From Ostreococcus lucimarinus (lineage: Eukaryota), in the NCBI GenBank assembly GCA_000092065.1, contig CP000594.1: DNA of 64,000 bases; one strand, given 5' to 3'. The notes beneath the pieces were generated by a model. It worked only from the letters and a program-made list of their open reading frames with translations, was not told the DNA's origin and ran no database searches. Made by a program: the position numbers and the translations under genes. Positions 61,401 through 64,000 of this stretch are shown piece by piece; within the stretch, counting starts at the first letter, position 1, and each line of letters opens with the position of its first letter.

Positions 61401-64000
61401 TTGGTAAATCACTTCGTGAACGCACACCGTGAGGTTGTTCGGCGTCACCGCACGCAGATGACCATAAAGTACACTGTCCACTCGGCGAATATTCAGCCGC
61501 CGTGCACGAATTCTCTAGCGCGCATAGCGAAACGCATTCACTTGAAGAATTTGCATCTCGTGTCGCACCATTTCCAGTACAACGCTTCTTCAAGCATGAA
61601 CGAGAGAAAGTGCCATCCCGAACTAGGTCCGGCTCGGTAAATTCAATGGTCGCACACAATGGTATCACTTCACTAGGATTTTCCATCGGCGATCCGGACT
61701 TTTTAACTTGTCTTGTACCCCAAGTACCGTAGATTGGTGGGAGTGTGGGTATGACGTTATCCATCGCGCTCCAAAAGAAGCCAATCGCCACGCTATCAGC
61801 GTCGCACGCAAGATGATCGATATCGGAACTTTCCGGTATATCGTGCTCGGTGTAGTCCTTGACGCTGAATCCTGCCGGCACCCCGCATCGAGGCATGACA
61901 CCTGTAGTGTTTTCCGAAGATCCAAGAATGCCGGCAATACCGGTGAGGACTTGGCCGGGTGGACATAAAATACGAATCATACTTTCACCTCGATTGCGAT
62001 AGGCAGCGTTAACACTACGAGGTTTCCATCCATCGGTGTTGTAAATCTTGTTGCCTTGAGCGCTACCGCTTAAAACCTCTCCGGTAGTGGGATCAGTATA
62101 TCCATAGCCTGAAGTGAGGCTCAACGGGTGCGCCAACATACGCGATGTCATACCATGAATCTCCCCATTGAATCCAGGCCAATGTTGGAACTCTGTGTAT
62201 CTTTCGCTTGAAACGCACAAAGAGCTGCGAAGACGAAGTCGACACGTGCGGCGTAAGTGCTCAGAGCCAACGTTTAGGAATGGCACACCACTGGAAGTGC
62301 GATAACTTCCTCCAAAACGATTAACTCCATTGTCACCGAATGTGTTGGCCTTGGCCTGAAAAGCCATCCACAGCGAGTTGTCGCACGCAATCGCGTCCAC
62401 GGGCGCGTGCCAATCATCGGTGAGCATTTGAACTTCGCCACCCCTAAATCGTGTGTTATGCGATGCCTTCTCGCGTCCAAAAGGTCTGGTCCATTGCTCC
62501 TTGACTATAGCTTCGCATTCGCAGTAACCCCATCGGGAAAGCTTTTTGTTTGTGAAACAAGCTAGACGCGTACGATTTGGATCAATGTCTATAGAACACT
62601 GCGGATTAATCACGTCAGCGTTGCGTGGGTCTCTACTGAACATGACGTTACACGGAGCGCCATTCGCGTTTCCACCACAGGTTCGTCTCGGTTTCGCTTG
62701 ATACAGTCCCCCCTTAATTTTAGTGACGCTTCGAGGGGCGGCGCACTTTTGCGATTCGTCAAGCGATCCAGGAACATCATCTGATTCTGTGATGACAACC
62801 GAGACGTTTGCAAGTCGACCTCGGTTTTCTTCAGACGCGTACGGATATACAATAACTTTGGAAATGTCGACAACCCGACCAAGATCAATCATGAGGAAGT
62901 TTTGAGGGGTGTCCATCCGCATCGTGCTATAACGTTGCCATGTGCTATAACGTTGCCATGATATAGCACGATCGCTATATCCCGGTGATTTCTCCCCGTC
63001 GATGAGTGCAGGCCAATTTCCGGTTGCAGGCCAATTTCCGGTTCCGGTTGCGCTGATGGCAACATTCTCACCATTTTTGTCAATGATTTCCAATTCAGCA
63101 ATGTAGTAGCGGTACTCTCTACAACAAGAATTCCTCCAAGAGCTGCAGCAACTGTACGCGTACGTTTGATGATCTCCAGGTTTGACGTGCTTCCGCACGA
63201 TGACGTATCGTCCCCGTCCCCCCGCCACGGTGTAGTTGTCGTGAACGCCACTCAACTCACGAGTAACGCAGGGGGCATGAGTACGCATGTTCTCTTTGAC
63301 GCAGGAATCAAGCCCACTACGCCGTGGTATTTTTTCACTTGTTGAGCCGATGAACACGCCCCCCGTGGGAGGCGAGAAAGAGCCAGTTCGCTGGGCGGGA
63401 AGAAAATCGAATATTTGACCGTCTCCAGAATGCACGCTGTAATGACGGTCTTCGACGCCATCAATATGATCAGTTCGATCACCTTCAGCACGAAGGTATT
63501 CCAAATTGGAATTCCGCACGTATCGGCGCTGAGCCATTCCGTATGGTTTCCGACCAAACACGTGCATTGACATGAAGAAGTTCCGTAAACGTCTAAAGGA
63601 GACAGCAGAGACGTTGAAGAAATGAGCTCGGAATCCAGCCAGGCCCTCTGGAAGCTCTTGATCAAATCCAGCGGGAATTTGAATAACTCTGCGAGACGCA
63701 TACGTTTCATTTACCGAAGGATACCAATCCCAGTCTTCTCTTCGTGCAATTGTATCGAAATAAAATTCGTGCAAGGCTGATGGTACCTTGTGCAGAACGT
63801 AATTTTCACCACGTAGTCGACAGAACCGTTGAATAAGTCCGCGTTCGTCGACGCTGTCGGCGTGTACGAATTCGCCCTTGAGCCAAGAGTGAGGCATATG
63901 CGTTCTCAACTGCGACCCGTCGTGATTCATCTCATCGAGAGAAAGCGCGCTCGGACCGTAATCAAATCCGACGCACAGCGCATTCGCCTTGCAGCGTTGC
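52438..64000 (-). CDS. Giant (>3,850 aa, 5' end beyond the window) type-I membrane protein. The N-terminal ectodomain has a discoidin/F5-8-type-C-like module, a PAN/apple-like module and TSP1 repeats. This is followed by a large helical region, acidic 40-aa x5 and basic 54-aa x3 tandem repeats, and a C-terminal block of ~35 DUF285 repeats. It ends in a TM (TLTLYLAMFTFVAFVAIV) and a short tail.
   Basis: The listed ATG at 63930 is internal: the frame stays open upstream to 64000 (…QRCKANALCVGFDYGPSALSLDE-M…), and no signal peptide is seen. TSP1: SPFTSCSKSCGGGVRIRRVWCS. Discoidin-like: NFLMIDLGRVVDISKVIVYPYASEENRGRLANVSVV. PAN-like: CVSLCALENSCTAAEYSPSGQCTLW. DUF285 units: e.g. FKGRDQFDGDISAWDVSSVTFMLRMFQGASSFNQDIGNWDVRNVYNMEGMF. 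Confidence 0.7.
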   Translation of the reverse strand, partial: QRCKANALCVGFDYGPSALSLDEMNHDGSQLRTHMPHSWLKGEFVHADSVDERGLIQRFCRLRGENYVLHKVPSALHEFYFDTIARREDWDWYPSVNETYASRRVIQIPAGFDQELPEGLAGFRAHFFNVSAVSFRRLRNFFMSMHVFGRKPYGMAQRRYVRNSNLEYLRAEGDRTDHIDGVEDRHYSVHSGDGQIFDFLPAQRTGSFSPPTGGVFIGSTSEKIPRRSGLDSCVKENMRTHAPCVTRELSGVHDNYTVAGGRGRYVIVRKHVKPGDHQTYAYSCCSSWRNSCCREYRYYIAELEIIDKNGENVAISATGTGNWPATGNWPALIDGEKSPGYSDRAISWQRYSTWQRYSTMRMDTPQNFLMIDLGRVVDISKVIVYPYASEENRGRLANVSVVITESDDVPGSLDESQKCAAPRSVTKIKGGLYQAKPRRTCGGNANGAPCNVMFSRDPRNADVINPQCSIDIDPNRTRLACFTNKKLSRWGYCECEAIVKEQWTRPFGREKASHNTRFRGGEVQMLTDDWHAPVDAIACDNSLWMAFQAKANTFGDNGVNRFGGSYRTSSGVPFLNVGSEHLRRTCRLRLRSSLCVSSERYTEFQHWPGFNGEIHGMTSRMLAHPLSLTSGYGYTDPTTGEVLSGSAQGNKIYNTDGWKPRSVNAAYRNRGESMIRILCPPGQVLTGIAGILGSSENTTGVMPRCGVPAGFSVKDYTEHDIPESSDIDHLACDADSVAIGFFWSAMDNVIPTLPPIYGTWGTRQVKKSGSPMENPSEVIPLCATIEFTEPDLVRDGTFSRSCLKKRCTGNGATRDANSSSECVSLCALENSCTAAEYSPSGQCTLWSSACGDAEQPHGVRSRSDLPKPIESESGSTLYTNVEYEHPVTIDGLREFVVSSVQSSFFTKLKFVRWKSSPFTSCSKSCGGGVRIRRVWCSHEDERGTNITLPDDHCTHAEKPTEKEFCNHFHCDAQCRQDSGRMVCAGYESDDRRGSTSPEVRALVCEDHGCCFVPRPDGVIMTDFRERECYAPPPRDDADWISMPYGECSAQCATLDYDARPFQVRSLSCTYANGTLARSALCPLARPESIRSCNTREECPPQACSLTRRGATSCANGACEKHYHDTKPWTYDYKCTCLNGWTRGETGACDVQIPRCVGASWRVKTTWGACINGIRIRDVECVRRDDEDAHCDVVCDPVTKPSEQQTGCSSNLFKGSRPRISVSGSTPIMDLPHAWNTTARRAAATHFVLLPQMTMTSYPVSPVSVSVDVCSSLCMNTPKCPGFVFIGFAAAGTCRLIHHLQFDLSSLSRSDISAEHTFMRRGFLTAFPQDELLIAVQNAKGAWSEALSKQVLESNERLSKRLTRIPQSDPIWEWIEHTKLSQGVSFRKALYSLTMPTHMKALDHVRYLANYFRGDAANISDAILATAFNYRHMNFIADSTSTLLDQSRDEEVGDVCEIRKKLINGTLAMPGSRELNPSPLQAIHYMHSTLNANVNGAMNFGRIPWPVVAMHAGAHFPTSECMHIASRRNLNTTWLRLNHANVTERAETLCKASNWHPNSLPRIAQDGGDAAMIAYLSIGMQTCLGIPTKVSKKRGAIPGGISFKFDELSRLWRTVPLHWPTNSTFARTTLSILEHRNAPGVKKNAIVSVDHVRALSRAVSKGLDSYVETRLAMLLFQNVYMDAGAQVVDRVGAILLSALESNPHNIEAWETLINHIDVASITNQTLIKRVYAVFRPHAMYYPSTFYKMIRSVSMTLKCKEDPEIHKILMEDVIQVTRPFCDIEARKWMLHTLNHNCKRQWFNTSDVTYVYEDLIRAAWGECETRLVEPTDALRPLYAMVNRSKSNFHGARDVKSRFGTLLDLHVKPVLNFWGKYPDSEQGLSIVGNVTGFLQNIVLPELPLKYVASINETTCQMCVYDDDGKCENEDGEEEMVDLAKPLPWARREKLKSLPPRASSFELLTSVRGVGIPSHLDALLTSSFDVLARSKKVLYSSLHDEKLFKMCTATSPSHRRLLSTRDRLHDVRRSVLGAPLPTIHSLKILDKVSVSDDDQAILDSKESSFRLNGNFSFEVDADTIGHRAASSKTNTTTDSYEPFQNYTPSDEPEYTGIDAQASAPSPSPSPYNADEEEDEEVDKDEVEHADEEEDADEEKSSPSPSPSPYNADEEEDEEADKDEVEHADEEEDADEEKSSPSPSPSPYNADEEEDEEADKDEVEDADEEEDADEEKSSPSPSPSPYNADEEEDEEADKDEVEHADEEEDADEEKSSPSPSPSPYNADEEEDEEADKDEVEHADEEEDADEEKSSPSPSQSPSSSIDYLTTTPSPSPPPPSPTPEMTNLRTKIARIEARNPRNRGLVGLRAKLRRLEEELFGDTPSTSPSPPPPSPTPEMTKLRTKIARIEARNPRNRGLVGLRAKLRRLEEELFGDTPSTSPSPPPPSPTPEMTKLRTKIARIEARNPRNRGLVGLRAKLRRLEEELTSAKSPAMSVSARLGKSIDDPVRLPLGRRLLSALVSKPLNLTRTDDDFYTAIIACRKNLTTCELRYGPMSEWDVSRVTDMSYAFKIGTVNHFQFDQAAFPGHYRTFGYVCLRWKFFQASPGEFGAAYKDAPNFSRDLSRWDVSSVTDMGAMFEDFEGDVGDLSQWNTSSVVNMDAMFMQRYNYHIFRYGERYFNDTGEWKASSHSETRFRLDVPRTVVILPGATFGNLGAWNVSSVRSMRFTFSGLGRDWHNMFKHWDVSSVTNMDGIFFKMTNQGRIGDIGSWDVRNVKSMELAFARIGHDAIDGLGKWDPKRVQKMQSAFAFSKPPILRQASAWKLDSANDIKAMMKGSECTDVNISWSFGSNVDADSMFSGLNSPVSTTCDVSNMRTIGITNFRSMFSSRYRTTRLPSGFASWDTSSATSMEMMFKGVRFGKIPSEISHWNVRKVKNMREMFSRVVVPDFPDVTSWSTASLEVSTKMFDGITEFQMEFYRDPLAVGGKSDGPPIVWKRKHVNIENAVFYDAIEECLSEDPKYGDCSGFRHGCMSGWDVSRVTDMREAFKGRDQFDGDISAWDVSSVTFMLRMFQGASSFNQDIGNWDVRNVYNMEGMFYGASKFAQDISKWDSASLDRLGSANMFGLATAWLEACTREGHERRRTWSLSGPVSKWTCKPRTCLEYNTKIGYKWGRDKDGKYGRHAIYGDVDCVGLAKKPNRASPAKCTVPTTSKNSTNSSTFAEVHQGNFLYAVGKCLETHPTDGACVDSKYGAMSTWNTSGVFDMSEAFSGARDFNGNIENWNVASVTSMFRMFYGARRFRGSLKLWNVAQVEDMNQMFSNAYKFNGDLGDWNVRSVTDFYKMFDDAWMFDADITNWGRGEAAVRGEYVCLAQHATSQSTVLQPIVGDMFLNAAAWKVKYALKDEVRVTKWFSHYARGRRSSFDFKLVSISKSNMRHGPPCNWKPKIAETKVMEHIDNDNIDDIIDKCLEVDPVGGMCRDLQFGTMETWDVSRVTNMNELFQNRRDFNASIGSWNVAQVGTMVKMFQYATSFDQDLSSWNVKKVQNMQYMFNGARAFSRDLRKWTWDVSSVTTAYGMFHSTYFLNPSYRSPSFAENIKEKQVNTHRSDHQQFIDLFAYSGTAQGLSPLRGDRSSLYQVIRSCRSQESARSNCMGSNFSKYSYCCRFGPLNMVDTSEVRNFRSLFQTHYDSLNGVGSTAATIISAWNTASATDMSEMFAYNRNFNQNLSDWNVSNVKSFHRMFAFAKSFNQDLNSWVLSADANVDEMFRGVANFNVSFTRNWKNAEQRSKALELCECNAVQQSRARLGAPRPFTLTLYLAMFTFVAFVAIVRRKSRRAPINECDAVFVGSRAYDYGSTLESSR
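56540..57665 (-). repeat. In-frame coding tandem repeats of giant gene 2. 162-bp x3 (56551-57036; basic/coiled-coil unit …KLRTKIARIEARNPRNRGLVGLRAKLRRLEEEL…) and 120-bp x5 (~57065-57665; acidic unit SSPSPSPSPYNADEEEDEEADKDEVEHADEEEDADEEK).
   Basis: Periods measured between repeated strings (gacggcgtgtcgccgaagagc every 162 nt; cgagctcttctcttcgtcagcg every 120 nt). They produce the spurious ORFs 56450..57052, 57045..57584, 57060..57803 and 57073..57909. Confidence 0.85.

Noticed and set aside
8700-64000. Window being a giant-virus (NCLDV/prasinovirus) genome segment, considered because of the D5-like primase-helicase, GIY-YIG nucleases and repeat-rich giant proteins
   Set aside because: The window is contiguous with GC-rich cellular housekeeping genes (RRS1, PAP, permuted tRNA). 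The viral-type genes are confined to a small multi-copy element, so an integrated selfish element in a host chromosome is more parsimonious.

Overview
This ~64-kb window reads as eukaryotic nuclear DNA, most consistent with a prasinophyte green alga (Mamiellophyceae, Micromonas/Ostreococcus-like); that taxon call is inference. The first ~8.7 kb is extremely GC-rich (~70%) and compact. It carries housekeeping genes: an ARM/HEAT-like gene running off the left edge, a PDZ protein, an RRS1 ribosome-biogenesis regulator, a canonical poly(A) polymerase, and a permuted tRNA-Cys(GCA) whose 3' half lies upstream of its 5' half. From ~8.7 kb onward the composition falls to ~50% GC and the sequence becomes a repeat-dense accessory region. 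That region is dominated by three giant intron-less ORFs for surface/adhesin-like membrane proteins. One is a ~3.9k-aa protein with two G8 domains and a beta-helix. Two are DUF285 (Mycoplasma-type 26-aa repeat) giants, the second also carrying discoidin/PAN/TSP1 modules, acidic tandem repeats, and a start beyond the window. There are also two membrane-anchored 2OG-Fe(II) oxygenases, several small secreted Cys-rich proteins, and three GIY-YIG nuclease ORFs, one fused to a CCHC zinc knuckle. The most system-like feature is a multi-copy ~3.4-kb selfish element encoding a Prim-Pol + SF3-helicase primase-helicase plus a GIY-YIG nuclease. It is present as one intact copy (47.2-50.6 kb), one rearranged/truncated copy (33.7-37.7 kb) and one promoter-region fragment (27.2-27.5 kb), and resembles the replication module of polinton-like viruses and virophages. 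The region also contains perfect palindromes and foldbacks, a MITE-like 310-bp element with 41-bp TIRs, interstitial TTTAGGG motifs, a 0.5-kb inverted-repeat pair bracketing a 33.5-kb block, and a near-identical 1008-bp tandem duplication inside a DUF285 gene. I found no rRNA and no CRISPR. The supplied ORF track uses non-ATG (TTG/GTG) starts, so I reset several starts to the first ATG, and coordinates derived that way may be off by 1 nt. All domain calls rest on motifs read by eye; no database searches were possible.
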